Source: a virus
Direction: 5' to 3' (one strand)
IMG/VR virus record: IMGVR_UViG_3300037247_000961
Span: 30,431 to 94,430 of that record
DNA: 64,000 nt
This document shows positions 9,047 to 18,954 of the stretch, piece by piece. The notes under the pieces were generated by a model. It ran no database searches. It worked only from the letters and a program-made list of their open reading frames with translations, and was not told where the DNA came from. A program made the position numbers and the translations under genes. Every line of letters begins with the position of its first letter. The stretch's first letter is position 1.

Positions 9047-9402
9047 GCAGGCACCCGACAGTCTCGCAGGCCTTTAGTCGCGTGAAATTCTAGGAGTCGG
9101 CCCTTGCGAATCGTTGACGCAATGATACGGCGATAATCTTGTCCACGCTTACCAAAGGACGACGTCTCCTTGCGGTACTTGCGCTTGATGGCTTGTTGGA
9201 GAAGATAGTCACGGCGCCGATGCTCATTGCCCCATTCACGAGCGACACAAGGCATCATGCCTTTGCCCAATAAGATTGCCTCGATCTCGCCGCCCTTGGC
9301 CTCCTCACACATGGCATTGATGAAATCGTGAAGTTGCCGGCGCGTATTCACGTCGCGGCGCTTGAAATTCTTGATGATCTTATCGTTTTGTTGGTCAGCC
9401 AT
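9043..9402 (-). CDS. hypothetical basic protein
   Basis: Start MADQQND abuts the upstream gene; ends FHATKG motif. Confidence 0.55.
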   Translation of the reverse strand: MADQQNDKIIKNFKRRDVNTRRQLHDFINAMCEEAKGGEIEAILLGKGMMPCVAREWGNEHRRRDYLLQQAIKRKYRKETSSFGKRGQDYRRIIASTIRKGRLLEFHATKGLRDCRVPA

Positions 9403-9916
9403 GTTGCACCTTCGCTTTTTCGCGCGCCACATCCAGCTTCCGCGTATGGTACTCGATGTCTTTTTGGGCACGTCGAATACATCCTCGATGGTAGGTGGCA
9501 TTCCAAGCCCACGACTTGGTGTCTTTTTCCTTGCAGGCGATCCGTTCCAATTCCTGTTTGCTCGCCTCGTCAGCCAGTATCTGCGCCATTTCCAATGCCG
9601 CTTCTTCGGTTAACCAAAGTCGATCTTCCTCCACGATGTACGACGACGGAATGCGGTACTCGGTTTTGGTGGATGTAACGTCCATGCCGGTGATTTTTGT
9701 TTTTTCCGCCCTCGGGGTGCGCTCATAGGTTCTGATGCGCCCACGGGAGAATTGCTCATACCCGATATGACAGTTTTGGCAATCGATGGTTACTTCCGTT
9801 CCATCACCCATGATACAGCGGATATAGCCACTACCCACACAATCCGGACACTCCACGGATGTTTCGACGGTGTCAAATCGCGCCCACCAAACCTCTTGCC
9901 CGATTTCATAGTTCAT
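9395..9916 (-). CDS. hypothetical protein with CxxC..CxxC Zn finger
   Basis: ECPDCVGSG...DCQNC. Confidence 0.65.
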   Translation of the reverse strand: MNYEIGQEVWWARFDTVETSVECPDCVGSGYIRCIMGDGTEVTIDCQNCHIGYEQFSRGRIRTYERTPRAEKTKITGMDVTSTKTEYRIPSSYIVEEDRLWLTEEAALEMAQILADEASKQELERIACKEKDTKSWAWNATYHRGCIRRAQKDIEYHTRKLDVAREKAKVQHG

Positions 9917-9954
9917 GGCTCAGTGCCCCTGATTTATGCAGTACCTTAAAGGAA

Positions 9955-9994
9955 ACGCGGGCCGGCTTAGGAGGGAGCAGAAGCCGGCCCGCGT
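9955..9994 (-). terminator. probable intrinsic terminator
   Basis: 14-bp perfect stem ACGCGGGCCGGCTT/AAGCCGGCCCGCGT followed by TTCCTTT, after the SSB-like gene. Confidence 0.6.
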
Positions 9995-10020
9995 GCGCGC
10001 TGTGTCTAGGCTTAGCAGAC

Positions 10021-10893
10021 CTAGAACGGCGCGTCTTCTCCGTCACCCCCGTCTGCCGCGGGGTCTCCTCCCTTGCCTGAGGCGGCATGCTGCGACGCGA
10101 AGTCGGCTTTGGCCATTCCGCTCACGACCATGTCGCGAAAGTCACGGGCCTCGTTCAACAGTTCCTTGTTCTCGACCGGGTTGATGAGGCTTCCCTTCCA
10201 TGTTGCACCGAGCGGATCAATGCGGAAGTTGAAGAAGGTACCGCTGTCATTCTTCTGCTTCACCGTGCGCAGGATTGCACGATTTGCGAACATCGGGGGC
10301 TTGCCCTTCAGCGTGTACATCGCCGTGATCCAGTCCCGATAGGGCTTGATCTTGGTCGACGTGAAGCTCACCACACCGAATCCGACCGTCGAAATACCGT
10401 CCTCGTCCAGGAAGAGCCCATAGACGTAGAAGGTTTGGACCAAGTCGTTCATTGCGCCAGACTTTGCATCCGACCGCGAGTCGGGGCAATGCAACTTGCC
10501 GAAAGGCTTGCCGTCATTGTCCTCAATGGCCTTTTCGACCACATCGCCGTTGGGATCGTGCATGCCAACCATGCCGCCGCCAGCGTCACGCGGCACCCAC
10601 TCCACATAGACCTGTTCCTTGTGGACGGGGATGAAGGCGACGCCATCGGCCGTGGGGCCTTCGCCATCCCACATTTGCTTGGTCACGGTATTGAACAACA
10701 TGCCACTTTCGGCGCCGACTGGATCTTTGTCGACGACCTGGGGGCTGTTGCTTTGCAGGATGGCCAGGAACGGCACGGACAGGTCTTTGCTCTGCGTGCC
10801 TTCGAAGCCGGCACCCGAGTCATCACCATAATCATAACTCGTGGCTGGAACGCCCGCGGGTGTGGCCACAGCCACCTCTTTCGATTCACTCAT
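10021..10893 (-). CDS. putative single-stranded DNA-binding protein
   Basis: DLSVPFLAILQSNSPQV, YVEWVPRD..GG motif; acidic tail ending GDGEDAPF; replication module position. Confidence 0.65.
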   Translation of the reverse strand: MSESKEVAVATPAGVPATSYDYGDDSGAGFEGTQSKDLSVPFLAILQSNSPQVVDKDPVGAESGMLFNTVTKQMWDGEGPTADGVAFIPVHKEQVYVEWVPRDAGGGMVGMHDPNGDVVEKAIEDNDGKPFGKLHCPDSRSDAKSGAMNDLVQTFYVYGLFLDEDGISTVGFGVVSFTSTKIKPYRDWITAMYTLKGKPPMFANRAILRTVKQKNDSGTFFNFRIDPLGATWKGSLINPVENKELLNEARDFRDMVVSGMAKADFASQHAASGKGGDPAADGGDGEDAPF

Positions 10894-11138
10894 CTTCGTT
10901 CTCCAGTTCTCGGTTCATAGTTCATAGATTGCAGCCCATCACACTCACCACTTCGCAGGTGACGCGGTGCGCCCCTCTAAGGACGCTGGGGGTTTCATTT
11001 ATAAAGGCATTGAACCCCTAAGCTCTAGCCTATACAATATGCGCCGGCCGGGGCGTGACTCCTAGCACAGCATCCGCTTTCCCTTATCCAATATGGGCGT
11101 CTTAATTCAACAGGCTGATTAGACCTATTGGTATCCGG

Positions 11139-11351
11139 TTATGTGACCGGCTCCTTATGACACCTCGGCGCATGTAGAATATCAGACCAATTCCACAGTC
11201 CAGTTGTATGCTCATCTGGCGCAGGCTCTATCACATGGAGCATCTGGGATAAGTGATAATGCAATCGATCATCGATGTAACTATCACAATCTCTCGGCTC
11301 AGACTTTGCACCGCAGACTAACGTCCCGTCGCATCGCCATCTAAGGCTCAC
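11139..11351 (-). CDS. hypothetical protein
   Basis: ATGA overlap with the upstream gene. Confidence 0.5.
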   Translation of the reverse strand: MSLRWRCDGTLVCGAKSEPRDCDSYIDDRLHYHLSQMLHVIEPAPDEHTTGLWNWSDILHAPRCHKEPVT

Positions 11352-11917
11352 GCCTTCACCTTAACATCGGTGAAGCGTTGACGATAGGCGCCGAAGGTAT
11401 CCAGCGGAATTGCAATGCCATCCGCAAGCGCCCCTTTGATGAAGGCGCGAAGGGTGTTGGTGTGAACGCCACGCACCAATTTGAGATTGAGAGGCTTCTT
11501 GCGCTGCGCACAGTCCCGCATGAACTTACGTGCCCAAGCCTCTTGGTCCTTATTGAAGTCGATGGTCACTGTGCGCTTGATCAGATTGGCGTTGCCATTG
11601 TCCTCAAGCCAGGCATGAGCCTTTTCCTCATTGCCCTTGGGGATGGACCCACGAATCACTTCCTTGAGATTGATAATGATGCCACCGGGGGTGATCACCT
11701 TGGACTTGTCAAGCTGGGCCTCCTCCAAAAGGTTCGGCAACTTGGTTTCCTTAACCAACGTCACCGCGGCCTTAGCCTCGCCCAATTGGGCCTCCAGCGC
11801 AGAAACACGAGCCTCCGCATCAAGCTGCTCTTGGGCAAGGCCTTCGATCCGGCTCATCAAATTGCCGCCGGGCTCGTTAGTCTCCCAAGCACTGTAATCG
11901 TGTTCTTTGTCCATCAT
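11348..11917 (-). CDS. conserved phage replication-module protein
   Basis: Coiled coil then AHAWLEDNG..LIK...VHTNTLRAF; typical neighbour of the SSB-like gene. Confidence 0.65.
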   Translation of the reverse strand: MMDKEHDYSAWETNEPGGNLMSRIEGLAQEQLDAEARVSALEAQLGEAKAAVTLVKETKLPNLLEEAQLDKSKVITPGGIIINLKEVIRGSIPKGNEEKAHAWLEDNGNANLIKRTVTIDFNKDQEAWARKFMRDCAQRKKPLNLKLVRGVHTNTLRAFIKGALADGIAIPLDTFGAYRQRFTDVKVKA

Positions 11918-11933
11918 CGATGCTCCCTTCCCG

Positions 11934-12287
11934 TTAAATAATGTTAGCTTCGTCCCTCGCCATGTCCTCAAGATGAGCCTGCAAGGCCTCTGGGATATCG
12001 TCCCACGTGATGCCATCTGGGCCAATCACTTCCAAGTCCTCGACCTCGCCGCCCTCTGCCGGGTAGCCAGGATCGCCATTGCTCAAATACCAGACTGCCG
12101 GATAGTAATCCGTGATCTTGGCGCTTACATCAAGCATCAACGTCGGATAGTTGCCGTCCGCATCGGGCTTAAGCAACTCATACTCATATTCAAAATTGAC
12201 GTCGGTTCCACGGATCACTGAATCGCTCCTCAAGCCATGATCAAGTTTAAACAGTGTGGCGTCAAAAGTCAATTCATTTAAATCCAT
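11934..12287 (-). CDS. hypothetical acidic protein
   Basis: GDPGYPAEGGE motif; overlaps the helicase end. Confidence 0.6.
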   Translation of the reverse strand: MDLNELTFDATLFKLDHGLRSDSVIRGTDVNFEYEYELLKPDADGNYPTLMLDVSAKITDYYPAVWYLSNGDPGYPAEGGEVEDLEVIGPDGITWDDIPEALQAHLEDMARDEANII

Positions 12288-13759
12288 TCGCGCAGCATGT
12301 CTCCGGTCAATCGAGATGCAATATCATATTTACCTCGGAGATTTTCAACGATGTGCATATCGACCGTATCGTGGGCAAGCACATCGGCATACAGCACACC
12401 AAATCCATATTCACCGTGATCCACTCCATCTTGTCCAATGCGATGATTACGATCTTCAGATTGCATGCGGTCGCGGTATTTGAACGAATTGGAATAATAC
12501 ATCGTCGTCTTTGCCGCATTGATCGTGATACCTCGGGAGCCTTTGCTCGGGTTGCCCACAAACCAGTCCGCGTCGCCTGCATTGAATGCTAATTTAGACC
12601 GTTCGCATTCATCATCATCCAATGTGCCGTCATAGCGCACGGCCCTTGGGCCAAGGGCGTCCATAATTTGATCAATATCGCGAGTGAAGCGGGACCAAAC
12701 AATGGCCGGGTGATTTAGCTTCTCCAAAAACGCCAACGAGCAATCCAATCGAGGATTCTTGACGTCGCACAGTTCAACCGGCTCCTCGGCATCCGTCACC
12801 ATATACCCACACGTGATTTGCTGAAGCCGCAGCAAACGGGTCAGGGCCAAGTTGCCATCAACGATACGGCCATCCTGCAATTCGATCTCGAACTCGTCCC
12901 GCATCTTGTCGTAATACGCTTGTTGCTTCGGCGTCATGTCGAACCATCGTTTAGTGTACAGCTTATCAGGTAAATCCAGAACGTCGGTTTTCAACAGGCG
13001 ATCACTCACCGATGCAAGTATCTCGGCCAACTCATCGATGTTCTTATAGCGCAGCAATTTGTCATATCCGGGATCGTAGCCGTGAAGCGCCTCACAATCC
13101 GCAGCCGTGAACCATTCTGCATAATGCTGTTTGAATGAGCGAAAGTTTTCCATTCCAAGGCGGCGCCAGATTCCTTCATCAAGGAACCGTAACTGCGAAT
13201 AAATATCAAAGGGCTTGTCTGCCGGGGTGCCGGTCAAGATGCGCTTATACGCGGGATAAGCGCCCGAGGCTACTACGGAGCGCGTCCGCTTGGCGCTTGG
13301 CGTCCTGATATCATCAGACTCGTCCAATGTCATGAACACCTTGCGACGTTTTAAGAATCGCCAGACGGCTTTCTTCCCTTTGGCCGTCATGAATCCATCA
13401 TAACTGATGCAAAAGAAAGCCAAGCCCTGGAACTTGATCAGATTATTAAACGCCGCAGCATGCCATTTGGTGTTAGCCCGTTTGGTTTGCCAAAGGAAGA
13501 TCATCATTTTCTTCATGACCGCATCAGGCATGTGCTTCGGCAATTCGTCCGTGACCCAGTTTCGCTCGACACCCCCCGGAGCCACGATCAGCGCCCCGTC
13601 GATCTGCCCGCCTATGAATAAATAGGCAATGGAGTCAATGATTGGTTTGCTTTTTCCCGTGCCCTGTTCCCAGAGAATACCGTGGAACGGCAGTTCCCGC
13701 GTTTCCTTAAAGATGCGGTCTTGATGATCAAATGGATCAGTTTTGTATTGGTATGCCAT
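12278..13759 (-). CDS. SNF2-family helicase
   Basis: EQGTGKS, LDESDDI, ILTGTP, RLQQI, QSEDRNHRIGQ. Confidence 0.9.
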   Translation of the reverse strand: MAYQYKTDPFDHQDRIFKETRELPFHGILWEQGTGKSKPIIDSIAYLFIGGQIDGALIVAPGGVERNWVTDELPKHMPDAVMKKMMIFLWQTKRANTKWHAAAFNNLIKFQGLAFFCISYDGFMTAKGKKAVWRFLKRRKVFMTLDESDDIRTPSAKRTRSVVASGAYPAYKRILTGTPADKPFDIYSQLRFLDEGIWRRLGMENFRSFKQHYAEWFTAADCEALHGYDPGYDKLLRYKNIDELAEILASVSDRLLKTDVLDLPDKLYTKRWFDMTPKQQAYYDKMRDEFEIELQDGRIVDGNLALTRLLRLQQITCGYMVTDAEEPVELCDVKNPRLDCSLAFLEKLNHPAIVWSRFTRDIDQIMDALGPRAVRYDGTLDDDECERSKLAFNAGDADWFVGNPSKGSRGITINAAKTTMYYSNSFKYRDRMQSEDRNHRIGQDGVDHGEYGFGVLYADVLAHDTVDMHIVENLRGKYDIASRLTGDMLREWI

Positions 13760-13792
13760 GGGAACTCCTCAGGCCCAAGGGGGACATAACTT

Positions 13793-14056
13793 GAGAGACT
13801 TGCGACTTTGGCTTTTCGTACTTGTTGGACCCTCTAAGTTACTATACTTTCTTATCTTTCTTTCAGAAAGAGAGAGAAGAGATACTTATATACTTCTTTC
13901 AAAACGTTGCGGTAAAAACTTTCTTTCCCCGCAACCCCAAAAAGGCCTCTGAAAGTTGAAAAGTATGTCTTTCTCAGATTCACTCTTTTGGGCCAGGGAC
14001 TTACCCCGAGTATCCTGGGAAATCCCTACCTCTGAAAGTATAGTCTCAAGTCTCTC
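13793..14056. repeat. Non-coding region bounded by inverted repeats; candidate replication origin
   Basis: GAGAGACTTGCGACT (13793-13807) vs AGTCTCAAGTCTCTC (14042-14056), 14/15 match; ACTATACTTTC (13841-13851) vs GAAAGTATAGT (14034-14044); AT-rich core. Confidence 0.55.
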
Positions 14057-14057
14057 C

Positions 14058-14852
14058 TTAGGTCATTTCGTAGTGAGGCGCGTCAATGAAGGCCGGCTTG
14101 TCCCTGGCCCGCTTGCGCTCCGCATAGGCCTGTACCAGCTTTTCAGGGGCCTGGAGGGGGGTCTCGTTATAGAGGGGTACCCAAGCGCCCCCCCAACGTA
14201 ATAGGCCCCCACAGGCGAACGAGGCCCGCCGTACGGCCTCCATGATCTTGTAGCAGGCCAGTAATTCCCATCGGGCACGTCCATTGATCCATGGAACCAG
14301 GTCCACGGCATGGCTAAAGCCATCGCTCTGAATCAGGTGCTTGGACTTCATGGTCTGGGATACCCTGGTACGTACGTATTCTGCCTGTTCCTCGCGAGTG
14401 CGCACGCCATCGGTCACAGTGAAATCTTGTGCCGTGATTCCGATGGCATGGTGAACGATCCTCACAAGATCAGGATGAACGCCTTCCAGGTTTTTGAGGC
14501 TGCTTTTGCCCAGCTTGTAGGAGCCAATCTCCACGTCGTCCAGCAACGGGTCTGTTGCCTCTTGCTTCGCACCGTGTGGGCGTGTGGGCGCCTTGGGCGC
14601 GCGGGCTGGCGCACCATGGTCCTCCATGCAATGGACCGCGATGCCTGCCATCTTTCGCATCACGTCGAGGGCTTTGGTGTCGCCGGGGTTGAGGGTCCAG
14701 TCCCGAATCAGTTGGGCCTGATAATGTGCCATCATTGTGGTATAATCGCCCACGGAATGAGGCTCGGGAGTCGGCTCCATTCGGTTGGGGCCGAGGCTGT
14801 CCTGGTAACGGCGCTCGCCGTCGATCAGGTTGTAAACATCTTTGCGTTTCAT
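14058..14852 (-). CDS. Endolysin, peptidase M15 (L-Ala-D-Glu) with an extra N-terminal helical domain
   Basis: SLKNLEGVHPDL, DFTVTDGVRT..EQ, SKHL....HAVDL, RWGG.W, FIDAPHYE. Confidence 0.88.
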   Translation of the reverse strand: MKRKDVYNLIDGERRYQDSLGPNRMEPTPEPHSVGDYTTMMAHYQAQLIRDWTLNPGDTKALDVMRKMAGIAVHCMEDHGAPARAPKAPTRPHGAKQEATDPLLDDVEIGSYKLGKSSLKNLEGVHPDLVRIVHHAIGITAQDFTVTDGVRTREEQAEYVRTRVSQTMKSKHLIQSDGFSHAVDLVPWINGRARWELLACYKIMEAVRRASFACGGLLRWGGAWVPLYNETPLQAPEKLVQAYAERKRARDKPAFIDAPHYEMT

Positions 14853-14912
14853 GATTGGTTCCTAATTATGAGGGTGAAGCGGGGCTGTTACATAACAGCA
14901 CCGCTGCAAAGG

Positions 14913-15224
14913 TTACTTTGCGTCGACCAGTTTTGGCAAACTAGTCACCAATTTGTTCTCCGGCCTATAGGTATCAACCGTTTGGCCTTGATTGTTTAGG
15001 ACGTAGCAGTATCCCGTCAACAGGTAAGTTGATGAGATATCTGTATCCGGGAACGTGCATTCGGCCACACATACAGTCCACACTTTTCCCTTTGGTGTTT
15101 CGCTGAGGTTGAACAGTCCGCATTCATATTTTGTTGCAAGGATGCGGCAAAACTTGATCTCTTTGATGCCACCGATGATTCGATAATTCTTGTCCTTGCC
15201 CGACATGATTTTCAAGGTCAACAT
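14913..15224 (-). CDS. hypothetical protein
   Basis: MLTLKI...YVLNNQGQTVD; SD AGGAG. Confidence 0.6.
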   Translation of the reverse strand: MLTLKIMSGKDKNYRIIGGIKEIKFCRILATKYECGLFNLSETPKGKVWTVCVAECTFPDTDISSTYLLTGYCYVLNNQGQTVDTYRPENKLVTSLPKLVDAK

Positions 15225-15299
15225 GACCTATCTCCTTCTACTTCTACTGATTGCGCTACGTCAACTCACGACGCGCCTCGCGCTTAGCGGCGCCGCTTC

Positions 15300-16940
15300 T
15301 TACGCTCTCCATCTCCCATTCCACATTGTGTATATGGCTCGTTTGCCTGTGCAATAGGTCACGATATGGGAAGGTGACCACGACGACGGCCCTTTATTAT
15401 ACCCTTGATCCATATCGCCACTCAAGCCTGAAGTATAAGTGCCCTCCAGAATTCCGGCGGAGTGTTCGTGGGCTCGATTAGCCTTGCGTCCCATGCGCGC
15501 CATATTAGAAGCACTTCCGCGGCTACCGTTAGGCCCAAGATGTCCGTGCATTCCGTGCTCGATGTCGAGCAACACAAAACTCTCATCCTCGTTCAGGAAT
15601 CGAATTGGCACAGCGCTTCCATCTTGCATCGTGTCGAATTCTCGGAGTATTGCCCAACGGAGTAGATTGTGAGGTTCATCCGGATTATCCCGAATCGCAC
15701 GGTAAACCTCAATCTGGGCTTCCAAGAAGTAAATGGCATTGACAGGATCATTCTTATAATCACCGATACGTAGCCACTCTTTGAAAAACCCATCGTGGTT
15801 TGAATTCACTACTACAGTCTGGCACCACTCCCGGCTTGATTCTTTCAGGAATCGTGCCACATTATTGACTTCTGTCTGAACAGAGTCGTGGCCCTGGATA
15901 TAAGCCAAAAAACGGTCATGAATCAGATGCTTCTTGAGTGTGTGACCATTGCGCGCCCGGAAGTCCATAACGTCGTGCATCATTTGATACTCTGGGCGCA
16001 GGACATCCATCATGCCCCCCTTGCCCCATGCCAACTCTGCAACTTCGGGGTCAAGTGTAGCTTCATGGATATCGCCCCATGTAATTGACTTGGCGCGGTG
16101 CCTATGGGTAATTTTGATGCCATCGATTTTCAGGTCCATGTCGCAGATGACACCCTTGTTCGTGGAAATCAACTGGCGCACAAACCAATCACCTCGGCAA
16201 TTTACTTCGACGATTAGGCCTCCATATACGTGATGGAAATCCGCCTTGAGGCCTGCCTTCTTGGCGATATAGTTCCGCTTGGTCACGGTGCCCGTCGTAT
16301 AGGTGAACTTCGTCGGTTCATTCTTGCCACTAGCAACCGATGACATGTGCATCTTGACGTGGGGGAAAATCGAACTATGCCTTCCGGTGTAAACCTCAAG
16401 TCCTTGTAACGGCTTTACCGCGGTCGGTTCGATGTTCATTTCCCCGCAGAAGATTAGTCCCGGGGCCAGCTCAACTTGGTCATCGCAGATGTAAGGCTCA
16501 ATGATAGGATCATACCAGACAGGTGCAAGGTCGGACGCTGTTGGTTCTTGGCCCCGCTTGACGGCCTTATTACCGAAACGTGCCTTGTTATAGGTGAACG
16601 TCGCCACCATCAACCTCGACGTCTCGACGCGCTTTTCTTTGCGCTTGGAATAGGTTATCAAAGAATCCCAGGCTTTCGAAAAAACTTTGGTGTTATTCTG
16701 AGCGGAAGTTAAAATGTAACGATTGATTTTGCCTTTTGAGGGCAACGGGAGGGAGGTTTGCTCGAACGGCGCAACGCGGCCCGCGAACAAGGGCTTGTCG
16801 TCATAGATACCAGCGGCTCTGATGCAGTCCCGAATCGTGCCGCGGACGTGACCGGTTTCCAATGCCGTGCCATATATCGTTCCGATGCGTTGATAAACTT
16901 CGACGATGCGCGCAGATTGCGCGTCTGTCAATGCGGCCAT
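15300..16940 (-). CDS. T5 A1-like protein (HTH plus metallophosphoesterase-like nuclease)
   Basis: RYILTSAQNNT, TTGTVT..NY..KAG.KA.FHH, GDIH, HD..D, SNHD, HGH.GPNGSRGS, H.HS motifs. Confidence 0.7.
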   Translation of the reverse strand: MAALTDAQSARIVEVYQRIGTIYGTALETGHVRGTIRDCIRAAGIYDDKPLFAGRVAPFEQTSLPLPSKGKINRYILTSAQNNTKVFSKAWDSLITYSKRKEKRVETSRLMVATFTYNKARFGNKAVKRGQEPTASDLAPVWYDPIIEPYICDDQVELAPGLIFCGEMNIEPTAVKPLQGLEVYTGRHSSIFPHVKMHMSSVASGKNEPTKFTYTTGTVTKRNYIAKKAGLKADFHHVYGGLIVEVNCRGDWFVRQLISTNKGVICDMDLKIDGIKITHRHRAKSITWGDIHEATLDPEVAELAWGKGGMMDVLRPEYQMMHDVMDFRARNGHTLKKHLIHDRFLAYIQGHDSVQTEVNNVARFLKESSREWCQTVVVNSNHDGFFKEWLRIGDYKNDPVNAIYFLEAQIEVYRAIRDNPDEPHNLLRWAILREFDTMQDGSAVPIRFLNEDESFVLLDIEHGMHGHLGPNGSRGSASNMARMGRKANRAHEHSAGILEGTYTSGLSGDMDQGYNKGPSSWSPSHIVTYCTGKRAIYTMWNGRWRA

Positions 16941-16953
16941 CCTTAACCCCTTC

Positions 16954-17220
16954 TTAGAATCCGAATTTGGATTTAATGCCGAGACCTATCGCCGTCGCTG
17001 TAACGCCGATGATAATAACGACGATGGTCATTAAGCTTTTGTCTTGTATGCGCTCAATACGCAAACGCCACTCTCTTAAGTGTAGCATATCCTTCTGGAA
17101 TTCTAAAGGATTTTCTGGATCGATGCCGTGAGAAATAAGCGTCCGTTCCACGGCCTGGCAAGCAGCATCGTAGGCGATCTCACGCAAAAGGGCTTCGACT
17201 TCGGGAGTTACGTCCTTCAT
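16954..17220 (-). CDS. membrane protein with a C-terminal TM helix (holin/XhlA-like)
   Basis: FQKDMLHLREWR then hydrophobic LMTIVVIIIGVTATAIGLG. Confidence 0.6.
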   Translation of the reverse strand: MKDVTPEVEALLREIAYDAACQAVERTLISHGIDPENPLEFQKDMLHLREWRLRIERIQDKSLMTIVVIIIGVTATAIGLGIKSKFGF

Positions 17221-17873
17221 GGTACGACCCTTATATACTTGGCGACACTGTGACGAGACACGGGGCCAGGCCAGCCTCCACTGTTGATCTTAACCTGGTT
17301 CTTCGGGTGATCAAAGCCAGGAATCGGAGGCCAAAAGGGGGCAAAGTCATAGCGATTCGTAAAGCGGAAAACAGGGCAAGCGATGCTCGCTATAGCTTCA
17401 TCGCTCAAACATTTGGGGGCACCATAGGTGATAAGCCCAGCCAACTTATGATCATCAATCCCGCCTGAGGCAACCCATGAGGCATAAAGTGTTGCAAGGC
17501 AACCACCCATGGAATGACCAGTGACGATTAATGGAATCGGAGTTGGAATACGCTCTGCAAAATCTCTGGCAGGCCCACGGATATAGGAGAAGTGTCGAGC
17601 ATAGCCACTGTGGGCTTTACCTTTTCCAATCCAGTCCCTTGGGACACCGAAATTGGAAATAAGGTCTCGAAGTTTTGCTCGTGATACCTCGGTGCCTCGG
17701 AATACGAGATATGCGTGTGTAGGCCCAAGGACGAGCATGCCCTGTGAGCCCATGATATCGAAGGGCTCACAAACCATGTCCATATCCATGGTATCCAAGC
17801 CAAGATTGACGTGGGGCCATTCTTCATAGATTAAGCCTGAGAGAATGGCCCCAGTCTTGAAGTTTGTCATCAC
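17217..17873 (-). CDS. Class 3 lipase (alpha/beta hydrolase)
   Basis: VFRGT, AHSGY, VTGHSMGG nucleophile elbow, TYGAPK, NRYDFAP, terminal HS...Y. Confidence 0.88.
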   Translation of the reverse strand: MMTNFKTGAILSGLIYEEWPHVNLGLDTMDMDMVCEPFDIMGSQGMLVLGPTHAYLVFRGTEVSRAKLRDLISNFGVPRDWIGKGKAHSGYARHFSYIRGPARDFAERIPTPIPLIVTGHSMGGCLATLYASWVASGGIDDHKLAGLITYGAPKCLSDEAIASIACPVFRFTNRYDFAPFWPPIPGFDHPKNQVKINSGGWPGPVSRHSVAKYIRVVP

Positions 17874-18685
17874 ACTATGGGCCTTCCAATGCCCTTGCGC
17901 TCATTCGGCGCAACGCCGTCGCGCGTGATGATGTCATACTCGGCCATCCACACAGCCCAATCGCCCGCGCTGCCGCCATCACCCGGGTATATTAAGTCTA
18001 ATTCCCCGGTCTGTGTGCCGCCGTAGGGTCCAGTGCCACCCCCGCCGCTGATGAATCCTGGCATAGGTAACATAGTTTCCGTGGAAGACAATGTCGGTCC
18101 GCCGGTTAGAGCGCGCAAAGTATTACGGTTCATTGCCGTTCGATCCTCGCAAGCTTTCCAAGCGGCGACCTTTTGCATTTCGCCGGCTTCAACCGCCGTA
18201 AGGACTCGATTGATATCCTTCATGACCGCATGCCCCTTGACCGTCAAGACCATAATCCGCTTGGCCACGTTCAAGAAGTTCGTCACGGTTGGTCCGCCAA
18301 GCAAGATTTGGGATAATCGGGACTTGTCCACGTCTTTCAAAACGGCCGCAAACAGTAGGGCCACATCGGCAGTGTCCGTTTCGATCCAGAACGGATCGGT
18401 CATGCGCGCCTTGTCAATGGCGCCCTGCAACAATGCCAAATGCCCGAGTGCTCGTACGGCTTCGGCGCCCCCGGCCTGTTGGGCCAAGTCCGTCATCACT
18501 TCGACCGCGCCGGCTGCAAGCCAGCACACCCGGAGATCTCGGTTCTCATTGCTCACGTCGACGACGGCACCTGCCACTTGTTGCCCAAGAGAACCGAGCG
18601 GTATTTTGCCATCGTTTGGAACAATGCTACAGGCCCCAAGGGCCAGCATGCAAAGTCCGATGAAAAGTGCCTTGAATGTATTCAT
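17870..18685 (-). CDS. lipoprotein
   Basis: Lipobox LALGA-C after the signal peptide; helical body; Gly-rich tail. Confidence 0.7.
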   Translation of the reverse strand: MNTFKALFIGLCMLALGACSIVPNDGKIPLGSLGQQVAGAVVDVSNENRDLRVCWLAAGAVEVMTDLAQQAGGAEAVRALGHLALLQGAIDKARMTDPFWIETDTADVALLFAAVLKDVDKSRLSQILLGGPTVTNFLNVAKRIMVLTVKGHAVMKDINRVLTAVEAGEMQKVAAWKACEDRTAMNRNTLRALTGGPTLSSTETMLPMPGFISGGGGTGPYGGTQTGELDLIYPGDGGSAGDWAVWMAEYDIITRDGVAPNERKGIGRPIV

Positions 18686-18954
18686 GATTTTGTCTCCTTG
18701 TCGGATTGAGGTGCGCGTTCCCCTGTATCGAATGCAGGGTGTTGCACAATTGGCGCCTTTGTCGTAAAGCGCCGGATTACGTTGACCAATGCCGTGGAAA
18801 CCACGCCAAAGGCTGCTGTGAGGGCCGCATACTTGATCTCTGACAAGTCAGGCGGAACGAACTGCCACGATTCGCCGTAGGTCATCCAGATCGTTGAAAT
18901 CGCCAGCCCGACACTGCCGGGGGCAATCTGATCTTGTAATTGTTCCTTGTTCAT
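18682..18954 (-). CDS. holin-like two-TM protein
   Basis: Two hydrophobic segments and a charged C-terminus. Confidence 0.55.
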   Translation of the reverse strand: MNKEQLQDQIAPGSVGLAISTIWMTYGESWQFVPPDLSEIKYAALTAAFGVVSTALVNVIRRFTTKAPIVQHPAFDTGERAPQSDKETKS

